Assembly: GCA_951406725.2 (NCBI GenBank)
Contig: OX597829.1
Coordinates: forward strand, 56,172,001 to 56,236,000
DNA length: 64,000 nt
Origin: Octopus vulgaris
Taxonomy: Eukaryota
Direction of reading: 5' to 3'
The position numbers and the translations under genes are program-made. The notes under the pieces are model-generated. The model searched no databases. It worked only from the letters and a program-made list of their open reading frames with translations, and was not told the origin of the DNA. Shown in pieces: positions 10,641-22,737 of this stretch (position 1 is its first letter; each line of letters opens with the position of its first letter).

Positions 10641-12909
10641 AAGCACGAAATAAAAATAAGGCTACTGAACAACAACAACAACAACAACAACAATAATAAT
10701 AATAATGATAATAATAATATTCACAGTAATTCGTTATAATTGCCACAAGTATGTTACATGAGTGAAGATTGCAAGGAAGGATTGCAAAAAGTGCCGGTCA
10801 GAAAGGTTACATTGAAATAAAATGGAAGAAAATGAGAAATGACGATATGACTATACCAAATATGATAATGCCTAAAGGTAAATCCCACTGATCCAGGATT
10901 ATCTAACTACCAAGAGTATGTGTCGCCTGCCACCTTTCATTTTCCAACCAATAGGTGCATGCTCAAATCAGGCCCATTCACTTGGGCCATTCTTTTTAGT
11001 CACACTCATCTTTCAACAAATTTCAAGCTCTGTCTTTCATTCTCTCTCTCTCTCTTTCTTTCTCTTTCTTTCTCTTCCTCTGTCTTCACTTCACTTTTCT
11101 CATCAAGTGGTACGTGAAAAAGTCAGTGTTTGGTCGAAGGGGAAAATGTCTAAAGTTAGTCTTTTCAGTCGTGTCCACCTAGCAATCTCTTTCGCCATAA
11201 CCACCAAATTGAGGAAAACTGCCTACCTTTCCCAGTCAAAGGATGACGGCGGGATAATCATCATGATGGATTTGGCCTACAACCTGATCCGTCCTATTCG
11301 CAACAATAGCTGGTCGACGAAAATAACAACCGCAACTACAACAATAAATATTATAATTATAATTATGATTATAATACGTCAAAAATAACTGCTTGCAAAA
11401 CTAGTGGTTATAAGTGCAAAAATGTTAGCAATTGCTGATAAGATATTCAAAGATGTGACTGAAAATGGCTGAGGCGAATAGTTTAAGATGGCTGTCAAAC
11501 TATTGAAGTAAAAACACTTTTAATTAAACATCGAATTTAATATGCTTAACAATGACGACAATGATGAAGATGATGATGATTATAAGTTTACTGATGAATG
11601 ATGCTCGTAGACGATGAGAAGATGGATAAAATATTAATTCCTTTTGACTCTACAAACAGAGCTAGTTTTTATAGGTGCTGAGAGATCGTCGGTGGAATAG
11701 ACTGCAGTACATTATTACTGCGTCATATTTTAACAAATATGGACGAATGAAGCACAAATTTGACTGGATGCATTTTAAGCTTAGAAACCTATAATTAACG
11801 AAAATGTTTATCAGATTGAATTTAGTTCGAGATACTGCAGTTACAGTAATCTCTGCCACAAAATATTTATGTACTTACTGATAATTAATGATTACAGTGT
11901 TAATAATAAATATTATCTATTAAATAAAATCAAATGTGGCAATGAACAGCAAAAAGGTAAATAAAGAAGCGTAACATTGAGCTGAAGTTAAAACATAGAG
12001 AGATTTCTTATTGTTACATAAGAGCATCAAAATGAAGCAATCAACTATGACGTCTTAGTATACCAAGCGTTTGCAAAAGCTGGTTTGTACACTGAGGAAT
12101 TTAACATCGCAAATTTTGCAATGGAAACCGAGCGGTCACGATGAACTATAATGGCATATTTATCCACTGTCCAATTTGTCCACTTTAAATTAATATAGCC
12201 TGAAATCATTGCGAAGTACTAGAAGAAAATAATTCACATCTAGAGGATATTACAAAGTCAGCGCATTAGAACATCCCCTTTAAAGAACTGGAGAAATTTT
12301 GCAAGACACAAAAAATAGTTTCTAAGATGTAGGCATTCAGAGGTAAAAGGAAAAAAAACCACTGTCAATGCCGGAGATTCAGAATATAAAAGATTCTGCA
12401 TCATTTTAGTTCTGTTAATGTTTCGTGTAAGTGTAAAGTCTATCTAAAACTACATTACAAAGCATACAGGCACTATACATGCACACACACGTGCACACAT
12501 ATTTACATGTGCACATATACACATTCATAAACACACTCATATATAGAGAGAGAGTATAAAACTGAAACTTAAACATTTTTTTCCTTTCTATTTTGCACAC
12601 AACAAAGGCATGAGTTATTGAGGTCGATGGTGAAGTCAAAGCATTCAACAATACTTTAACAATTATGCTAGTAATAGTATTTGAGCAAAACCAACTTATT
12701 CCCTTAAAAATCTTCAACACCAATCCCATTTATGAAATCGTTGCCATCGATAGCACCAATACCTGTAGGGGTCTTTACAATTGTATTATAGTTACACATT
12801 TACCCTCACTTTAAATTTTCAGACTGGTTACCGTCCCAAATCTGTCTCTTCTCCACCCGATGCCTTCTTCATTTGCATAAATGCAAGATAATCACACACA
12901 CACATACAC

Positions 12910-12971
<62 letters not shown>

Positions 12972-13173
12972 ACATTTCTTAACAGTGCCACCTTTAAAAA
13001 AAAGAGAGAGTATAAAAGATATAAAAGAAAATATAAATGATCTAACTTTCCACGTTCCTTTCTAATATGTTATCCTCTTGATAAAGATTAATATACACAC
13101 ACATATATACACAGAAAATGGCACACATGTGCGTGTGTATTTGTGTACATACATACATACATACATGCATACA

Positions 13174-13209
<36 letters not shown>

Positions 13210-13479
13210 TACATACATATACGCATATACATACACATACGCTAAGCCACTATATACACATAAACATACACTTATATACGTATATATATGTGTGATATAT
13301 ATGTGTGTATAGTTGTACACATCTGTGTGTATATATATATATACATATGTGTTATATGTGTAAATATTTACATGTATGTGTATATCTATATACACACACA
13401 GACATATATATAACATACAAATAGCATATGTATATACGTCTATTTTTTGTGCGTGTATATTCAAGTGTTTGTGCATGTG

Positions 13480-13510
<31 letters not shown>

Positions 13511-13655
13511 CAAGTATACATATATATATATACACACATATATATACATAACGCATGCATACATAATATTTGCATAAACACATACATACGTACACACGTT
13601 CATGCATACACACATAAATACATACATGCGCATGCATACAGGCATACTTTCGTTC

Positions 13656-13686
<31 letters not shown>

Positions 13687-14703
13687 CATACATACATACA
13701 TACATACATACATACATACATACATACATACATTTAAATACTCAGGTTTCATAACATTCCGCAAGTGTATTTGTATTTATACGCACGTGCGTATTGTGTA
13801 TATTTGTGTAATACGAATTCTTTGTATTCCACTACAGAAACGACGAACTAAAACGAGCTAGTTCTCATCTGTAGTTATGGGTTTTTTTCTGGGGAGGGGT
13901 GTTTGTTTTTGTTTTTGTTTTTTTGGGGGGTTGTTGTTTTTTTTATATATATATATTATATATATAATGAGATAAATATATTACAATTATGCGAACAATG
14001 GCATTACTGATGTTTTAAACTTTAATGTTTCAAACAAGACATTTTCTTCTGGACGTTGTTCATACCTTTTTTTCACTTATAATATTTTTTTTAATCTTTA
14101 AAAATATTCGAAACAAAAAAAAAAGAAAAGAAAATGAAATTTTAATTTTATTAATCACGAACCTCGCGAATTCACTACCATAAAAAAAATAAAATAAAAT
14201 TGTATTATTGAAACCAAAAGCTGGAGAGTTAAATAAATGGAAATATTGAGACATTGGAACACAAATAAATCTTTCAGTAAAAAAAAAAAGAAAAAAGACT
14301 AATGTGAATAAAGAAAAACTGAGAGAAGAAACACAGAAAGAAAGAACGAACGAAATGTAAGAAGAAAGGAAATTAAAAACCCCAAGTGTCGATTTGACTT
14401 TAAAATAATTTGGTTTCACTGAAAATATGTTAAATAAATGTAGTTATCACCTATGTGTTGGTGTTACCGATATTCGTCTGGGTAACTGAATTTGTTTGGG
14501 ATATTATTTTTTTTCTTTCAGAAACATAAAAATCCAAAGATTGATTCGATTATTGATAAGACGAACATTGTGTAAGATGGTATGCTGGCAGAATCGCTAG
14601 CATGCCGAACAAAATACTGAGCGACATTTCGTCCGTCTTATCATTCTGATTTCCAATTCCATCGTTGGGGACCTTGTGCCGAAGTTTGAAACCAATATGA
14701 CAA

Positions 14704-14959
<256 letters not shown>

Positions 14960-16861
14960 CTTTGTGCGACTCGAGAAGGAGGTGGGGGTTCTGCTGCGAA
15001 ATGCAACTGTTGCTGTTGTTGATGTTATTGTTGTTTAGCACACTGAACGAGTAGAGATCGAAGGCCTTCCAATATGTCCAAGAACACCATTATGCACCGA
15101 TGGCGTTTTATTAAAGAATGTATTGTGATAACGTGTAAGTCTGAAAGTATATAGATAAGATGGGTTTTTTGTTGTTTTTTTGTTTTGTTTTGTTTTGTTA
15201 TGTTTTTACAGAAGATATAAAATTGTTTGAATACTCTTTTGCACAACAATCATCAATGTTGCTTCTGTTATTTTTTTATTGTTGTTGTTACTGTTGTTCT
15301 TTCCTTCTTCATCTTCTCCTCCTCCTCCTCCTCCTCCTTTTCCTTTTTTCCTTTTCCTCTTCTTTTTCTTCTTCGTGTTTACATTACAATGCAATTTTGT
15401 TTTTAGAATGCTTCATTAAAAAAGTTTATTCTAAAACTTTGACCTTTGTTTGAACCAATCTCTGTCACCTAAAACTGTATCTCTCTCTCTTCCCAAATTG
15501 CAACAGGAACGTAGAATTTTGTTTTACAATCTGTCTTCCCATCAACTAAAACAAACTGGATCTCAATTTCTCAGATTTAACTCCCTCAATCTGCATTCCG
15601 TCCGTGTTGAGAAGTTCGACCAACCTACAAATATTTTTAAAGAGTGATAACCGAGTTACTTGTTCTCTGACTATGCTTCTGGTTATTTTAACATCCTCGA
15701 TAATTCGATGTATTTGAATAGCCTTTAAAACATGTAAACCTTTCGTATTTGATAAATCAGTGGATACATAAAAGTGTTTATCATTACTGTCATTGGACTT
15801 CAACGAAGTCCAACCGAACAGCCTATCAAACGAGGGCTTTCAATGGTAGACTTTGAACAACATTCAGAAAATCCAAGCTTGTCAATGTTATCGAGATAAA
15901 CTCCGCAAACGGTTGAGTCAGTCCGAGATTGGAACAGGGAAAAGAAACCATTCTGCATTCACTCGAACATCGTTAACTTGAGAAGTTACGTCGAATAACA
16001 GTTTTCGCCTATAGAATAGATCCCGCTATCGGCCGAGCCCCATATAAGGTCATCATCATGATCGTTCATCACCGTCTTATAGCCGGAGGCGACAGGCAGA
16101 TTTCTTCTGTCTGGTGCTATTGCGAAACAGTGTTTTTCAGACAAAATTGAAAGGATAGATATTTTCTTCTTTAACCAACCCCTCATCCACATCTTCAAGT
16201 TCCATATGGAGATGAAAATGAAAATTTAGAGGTAGGGACTATTTTCCAGTGTATTTGCCACAAGGAAGGTGAGTGCGATAAGAATCGACTACATTAAATG
16301 GGTTGTTTCTCGGGGTAAAGGAAAACGCAGCTTCGAATCGGCGCTTGACCTGGATAGTCAAAGTAAACTTGGATCGCTGGAGTTCCTTAATTCTTCTGGC
16401 TTGGCTATCCCCATTGCTAAGTCACATTGCATACCTTTGTTTACTTCTGATTTTTATGTCTATTCTTTATAAGCGATGCTGTGAAAACTGTGTTTTTAAA
16501 TTTCATATTTGTTAAGTCTTCCTAAAAGCAAATAAAATAAATAATTTGTTTTCTCCTCAGCAATTCGGTCAATAAAATATAAAACTTGTCGGGTAATCTT
16601 CCTCGTTAATAGTATCTACTAATTACGTCTCTTCAAAACTGCAGGCCTTGTCACTAAAACCAGAAGGCATTAAAACGTTGGTGAGCTGGTAGAATTGTGA
16701 GAACCTCAGAAGATGTTGTGCTGTTTTTGCCCCGTCTCTTCATGTTCTTCATTCGAATCCACAGTAGTTAACTAGTCAACTATTAGTTAATGTAATCGTC
16801 TCACATCACTCAAAGATGCTAGATTCGTGCTTAAATAGGACAATATTATTATTATTATTAT

Positions 16862-18480
16862 GGTTTGGCTCAGGTCTGGTCTTATTCCTGACAGGATTTA
16901 TATGGGTAGCGGATTACTACCTGTAACCTTAGGTATCCACAAGTTTTCAGCTGTCTTTCAGGTGCTTAGAACTCTCCTGATAATCCTTGTTGTCCCTAAG
17001 AGACAAACTTTCTGTAGAAGCTCTACAGAACATTCTATTTCCATCTCCATCAGCCATTTGTCTACATCTTTCCTTACTCTTCCCAACGCACCAATGGTTA
17101 TAAAAACGACCGTTACTGTCCTCATGCTCAAAATTCTTATTTAAAATTTTAAGGGATTGTATTATTTTTATTCTATTTTTTTCTTTTTTTTTTCCGTCCT
17201 CTTTCTTTACAATCCTGGAAACGGGCATGATGGATCAATCAGTAAGCAACTTCGCCTTTTTCCTATCTATAATTGTTATGCCTGGTCTATTATTTTTTTT
17301 TACTTCTTGTCCGTTTGAATAGGAAAGTCCCACAAAATCTTACATTTCTCTGACTCCAGTACTCTTTCAACTCAATGATTATACCATGTGTTTCCAGCTT
17401 CAAATCCCCATTTCTAGCACAGTTTCCAGTGTAAAACTTTTACAACCTGGTCATGCCTTCATTTCTTATATTCTTTCTGTGCCAACTCGTGGCATTTTGT
17501 TCCACTGTCTTATTTTTCTGACATATTCTCTCCATATATATTTTTTCTCAAGTTGACCTTGATCTTAGGCTGCTACAATTAGTCACTGTGTTACTTTTTT
17601 TAATTGCCCCTTTTTTTTTAACCAAGTCCAGGATTTTGTTCTACATACGTCTTCAGTTGCTCTCCAAAATTGGCTACACAGAGGTTTCTCTTCAATCCGT
17701 CTGATGTGCTCTCTTCGTATTTCATTCTTGTCCTTTTCTCCTATCATGTGCTTCATCCCCTGTTCTTTATTCGCTCTCATTAGCAGATTTTCTGTGCTGC
17801 TCTGTAAACACTCTACTAGACGTTTTCTTTTTTCATCTATACATATCCCTCTGCTGTTATTAAGCTTCTTCCACCCTCGTCTCTCCCCAAGTACAGCTTT
17901 CGGATGGAGGGCTTCATACGTCGTCAACAACTTCCTAGTTTTTCTATCAAGTTTCTTTATTTCTTTTCTGGTCCAGTCTCTAATTCCAACTTCATATCCG
18001 ATTGAGGCTTCTGCTCTTCAATTTATTGCTTCAATAAGATTTTCCGAATTCAGTTTTCACTGCAATAATTTTCTTATTCTCTTTCTGTACTCTCTACGAG
18101 TAACTTGTTTCATTTCTTCATTTTTTATCTCATCTGCCTCCAGTATTCTCAAGTACTTATACCACTGCCCTTTCTCAACCGCTCTCATTGGGCACTTCAA
18201 ATCTTCCTCGTTTCATCTTTAATAAAGTGCACTTTTCTATTCCAAATTCCATACGTATGTCATTTGAGATAATGCGGACTTTCAGGCTGTTTCTCATTTT
18301 TCGCATAAACCTTTATATTCCTTCGTAACACAGTGTAGGTAACAATACACCGGAGTCTTTAGTCGCTTGTCAAGTCACAGCAAGGACTTCAGACAGTTAA
18401 TACTTTCCTTAAGATGTGCACTGTGCCCAATAAGGCTGCTTTTTGCAAGACATCAATCTTGAATGAGATTTCCATTTAAG
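16862..18480 (-). mobile_element. Degenerate R4/Dong-type LINE fragments
   Basis: Minus-strand remnants such as ALHPKA, EEKPL.SQFWR, SWTWLKKG.LK, RHDQV..V.HWKLC and ILWDFP. The 3' end abuts (TTA)n. Confidence 0.7.
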
Positions 18481-18784
18481 AAGTCTTGAAGTCTTGAAGT
18501 CTTGAATGGGATTGAGCCCAACGTTTTTTCTCTGTCTTATCTTCAACATCCCTATAAAATTGACCACTTTACCCACCTATTTTCAGTTTCATTCGTTTTC
18601 AGTTTCTTTTATAGTGCTTTATCTTTGCAAGCTTCCATCCTACACAAGCCTGACCTTCTTACTTTCAATAACAGTGGTTCTGTGGCATTTTTACTTACCA
18701 TGCTACATTTTCCTCTGCTCTAATGCTGTGTTCGCATCCAATCAGTCCTCTTATGCCTCTTTTTCTTGATAGAAACAGTCTGTT

Positions 18785-18828
18785 CTGGGTTCTCATTCCT
18801 AAGGTATTTTTCGATGTTGTTGTTGTTA

Positions 18829-18885
<57 letters not shown>

Positions 18886-19740
18886 GGTCACTGCCTGGAA
18901 TCGAACTCGGAATCGTGGGGTTAGTAGCCTGCGCTCTTAACCACTACGCCATATACCCGTGAGCAATTACGGAGTGAATTTTAGGGCTTATAAATCTAAT
19001 ATTCTCCTTCCTTAATACTGGTTCCCATATGTGCACTCGGTCTGTTTAGAGGTTGTTGTGTCCTAGTATATCTGCTGCTTCTTTTAGTTTTCGTATTTTC
19101 CAGAGGTGTTCTCTGTCTATTATTTTAACTTCATCCCACAGGGGGAGAAGATCTCCATTTTCCCATACATGATGAGCTATACTCGATTTATCAATATCTC
19201 CCTGTGTCACAGCTTTGCGATGTTCCTCTACCCTTATTTTGAGGGGGCGACATGTTTCGCCTTTGTATAACCTACCACAGCTGCATGGCATGGAGTACAC
19301 ACAGTTTTTGGTCATATTCTCTTCTATTGGTGGTTTTACTCAAAGGAGATATTTGCAAAGTGTTGTATTACTCTTGAATACTGTCCTGGTGTCATATGGG
19401 CTGCATATCTTTTGTATCTTTTCGGAGAGGCCTTTCACATAGGGTAGACAGACTGTAAACAGTTTATTGGTTGGTTTCATCCTCTCTTTCCTTCATAATT
19501 GGAGTGGATGGTATGTTTTTGGGGTAGTTGCTGCTTAATAGATTGTTACTGAGCTTGATCATTTCTTCGTGGTGGGTATCAACATAGAAAAATACCTTAG
19601 AAATGAGAACCCAGATTCGAAATTTCTCCAAGATACTTGATGAAGGATGGAGGGTGTATCAGTTGAAATGTTGTGTTAACAACAAACAAGATGAGGACAA
19701 ATATCCGTCAAATATAAATAATGTAAATAATGTGAATAGT
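18785..19740 (-). mobile_element. 5'-truncated Penelope-like element (Penelope/Poseidon-type GIY-YIG end) with inverted pLTR piece
   Basis: ORF 19046-19315 reads VYSMPCSCGRLYKGETCRPLKIRVEEH (GIY-YIG), with upstream LPYVKGLSE. 18785-18818 is inverted at 19580-19613. Decayed hammerhead at 19632-19677. Confidence 0.85.
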
Positions 19741-19759
19741 GTTTAATCTGCATGTTTGT

Positions 19760-20297
19760 TTCAGTCATTTGCCAAGACACAACCAGTGTCCTGTGACGAG
19801 TGAAGGATAAGAAATGTTATAGTATGGCTGAAAGCTTGGGGAAAGGAAATGGCAGGGGCTGTAGCGAAATATTTTCATGTAATATAACACAGACATTTAA
19901 ATGGATAGGGTTTTTCTAAGGATGTGGGCAGTACTTGTCAGCACAATCTTTTGGATTTCTCTGAGACATGCTTCTCCTGGGATATTATCTAGATGTTTCT
20001 GACATCCCTTTTTTATCATACTTAGAGCACCTGCAATAACAGGAAGAGTTCTCGTATTAAGATGCCACATCTTTTGTATTTCAATTTCCAGGTCCTTATA
20101 TTTACTTAGTTTGTCAAATTTCTTTACAGATATATTTTTATCAGTAGAAACACTTACACCTGTTAGTCTACAAATATTTTTTTCCCTGTCTTTAATAATC
20201 ATGTCTGGTCGATTAGCCTGGATCCTTCTGTCAATGTTGACTAGAAAAACCCAGTCTGCTTGATCCGTTTTGCTTGTTTTGTTGCAGTGGTTTCGAG
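19760..20297 (-). mobile_element. R4/Dong-type RLE LINE 3' fragment
   Basis: ORF contains ANRPDMII, KLSKYKDLEIEIQKMW and PVIAGAL (PD-(D/E)xK endonuclease end). Confidence 0.8.
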
Positions 20298-20334
20298 TTA
20301 TTATTAAAATTATTATCATCATCATCATCATCAT

Positions 20335-20401
<67 letters not shown>

Positions 20402-21568
20402 TCGTTTAGTATTTTGCGCTCGGTCCGCTAAGGCTGACCGCTCTCACCTCTTCAGTATGTATTGAGCTTAGAGCCACTCCTATGGAAAATGGAGGTGTTG
20501 AGTGGTTTCCCGCGAGAGTTACGATGCAAGAGAAGCGTGTCGGTGTATGCAGACGATGTCACCATAGCCGTGTCTGACGCCACGCTCATCGAGGCGATCG
20601 GCGCCACTCTAAAGGAATATTTAGAGGCGATAGGAGTGAAGATTAGCCCGGACAGATCAGTAGGCCTGCAACCCGACACCTGGAGAGGCACGTCTATGCC
20701 GTCCAACAACTTCGTAGGGCACTGGACAGACAAACCGGTTAAGCTACTTGGGATCTGGTTCGGTCCAGAACTCCAGGTTGAAAAGAATTGGGAGGGGAAG
20801 ATCAGGGTAGCCAAGCTCACCCAGAGGAAACTGTCCCTGAAAGGTCGTGCAGAGGTGATGAATACGTACATGGCATCCGCCATCTATTACTGTGTCTTTT
20901 TCTTTCTGTGGAAGTGGCGCATTCCTCTTGTCAGGCGGTCCATCAGCTGTCAACAGCCGCTGGGCATGTTGTGGTTGCTGATACGCAGGCATGCGTTGAG
21001 GCTGCGGCATCTCCAGCGTTTCCTTGACGGTGAACAGGTGTGGCCACCCTTCGTCAGACGCGCTTTTCCTCAACTCGTCTCCTTAACGGAACTGCAACCC
21101 TCCCTCCAACGTATAATTTACTTTAAAAAGAAATACTTTAAAAGGGAAAAACGTGAGAAAAAAAAGAAAAATTAATAATCTAATTTAACAATAGACAAAA
21201 ACATGTGCCTTCTCGCACATAAACACAGTATTCACACATATACAAACATGCGCAGATGCAATTATTGAAGTACTAAATGGCACGTCAAATGATATTTAAT
21301 CGTGTGGAACATGTTACATGCATATCAATATTCTAAAGTTGGACATACTATCCCTTATCCTAAAGCTGCTTCAGACAATTAGGAAGGGTTCCCGACTCGT
21401 TGCACCGTCTGCTTTCAATCTTGGATTGTGATTCGGCTCAGCCCAAACTCTCTCAGATTTTGTCTGCTGTTGCCTACTCCTACAAGGATTGCACCTGTTT
21501 TTTGTTCCTGATTTAACCCCGATTTGTCCTAGAGCCCATAGAAGATTGTTTTTAGTCAACCATCCATC

Positions 21569-22162
21569 ATGTCAGCTACCTACGGATCGAAACTGAGATC
21601 TGCAAGAAGGGCTTCTCATCAAGATGATGGTCCTACCAATAGTCAGCTCAACGAGCAGTTGCTGTTGCTCAAACAAGAGGTTGAGCACCTAAAGTCTGTT
21701 GTTGCTCTCTTACTGAATAAACAGTCTCCTGTTGACGCAGAGTCACCCTTGATTTCTTCCCTGGAGACGTCCAAACCGAAGGGAACAAAATCGAAGCGGC
21801 CAAAGAAGGCGAAGGAACCGGCGGTCGTTCCTGCACATGATCGTTCCTGTGCGGATTCTTCCTCATCTGCCTTTTCGGTCCCGGAGGTTCCCCAACCTAG
21901 TTTGAGGAGCGTAGACTCAAACCCACCTGAAGACCGTTGTTCTCCCCAAAAGAAGAAACGTAGTCAAAACTCCAGAGGGGCAGATTTGGCTATGAAACCT
22001 GATCACGATAAAATCTGTTTGGATTCTCCTTCACTTGTCCTTCCCATTAATGCCATTGCTCAACCAATTCTGAACGATCTCGATGTGAGTTCATATGGGG
22101 AGTGGTGCTCCCCAAACCGAAGAAGAGGCAGTGCAGTTCCAAACCAGGCGGGAAAATTATGA
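21569..22162 (+). CDS. LINE ORF1 N-terminal part (coiled coil + disordered basic region)
   Basis: ATG start; leucine heptads LNEQLLLLKQEVEHLKSVVALL. Confidence 0.7.
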   Translation: MSATYGSKLRSARRASHQDDGPTNSQLNEQLLLLKQEVEHLKSVVALLLNKQSPVDAESPLISSLETSKPKGTKSKRPKKAKEPAVVPAHDRSCADSSSSAFSVPEVPQPSLRSVDSNPPEDRCSPQKKKRSQNSRGADLAMKPDHDKICLDSPSLVLPINAIAQPILNDLDVSSYGEWCSPNRRRGSAVPNQAGKL

Positions 22163-22737
22163 CCACTAAATCCATTCCGATCGACCCCACAGGCCGACAT
22201 AAGTCCGATGGCTATGAAACCACCCTTTCGAAATCCTCCAATGAAGAATCGAATACCGCAGCTCATAGTAGAGAACTTTTTGCCCACTCAAGATCAGCAA
22301 TAATATATGGCAAAGCTGAATCCACCTGTGATACAGGCATAAACCGCCTAAAAGATGACATTAATTTTGTTTCCATTTTAGTTGGAGAATTGTTCTCTGT
22401 GAACGAAAATGTCAGTGTTCTTAAGGTCGCTCGGCTAGGAAGATTCCAAGCGAACCCAACCGCAGATACTAGACCACGCCCAATAAGGGTAATCTTTTCT
22501 TCTGATCGGGAGGCTTCAGTCTTTCTGAACAGAGCTCAGACGCATGCCTGGGAGGACCCCAATATGGGTTTTCGCGAGGAATACTCACTAAGAGAGAGAA
22601 TTCGCCGGAGGAACCTGATATCCGAACTAAAGATGAGGAAACAAATGGGAGAGAAGGGTTTACGAATCCAAGATGGACAGATAATCAAGTACTACCTCTG
22701 GTCCCATGCTGTAGTGCTGACAGGGAAAGTGATGTGA
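22102..22737 (+). CDS. LINE ORF1 C-terminal part (RRM/CTD-like), -1 frame relative to the upstream ORF
   Basis: SAIIYGKAES, RLGRF, RPRPIRVIF and LRERIRRRNLISELK, typical of CR1-group ORF1. In-frame ATG at 22159. Confidence 0.75.
   Translation: MVLPKPKKRQCSSKPGGKIMTTKSIPIDPTGRHKSDGYETTLSKSSNEESNTAAHSRELFAHSRSAIIYGKAESTCDTGINRLKDDINFVSILVGELFSVNENVSVLKVARLGRFQANPTADTRPRPIRVIFSSDREASVFLNRAQTHAWEDPNMGFREEYSLRERIRRRNLISELKMRKQMGEKGLRIQDGQIIKYYLWSHAVVLTGKVM

Noticed and set aside
18886-18958. Functional tRNA gene
   Set aside because: Acceptor and anticodon stems pair poorly, there is no oligo-T terminator, and it is embedded in a retroelement.
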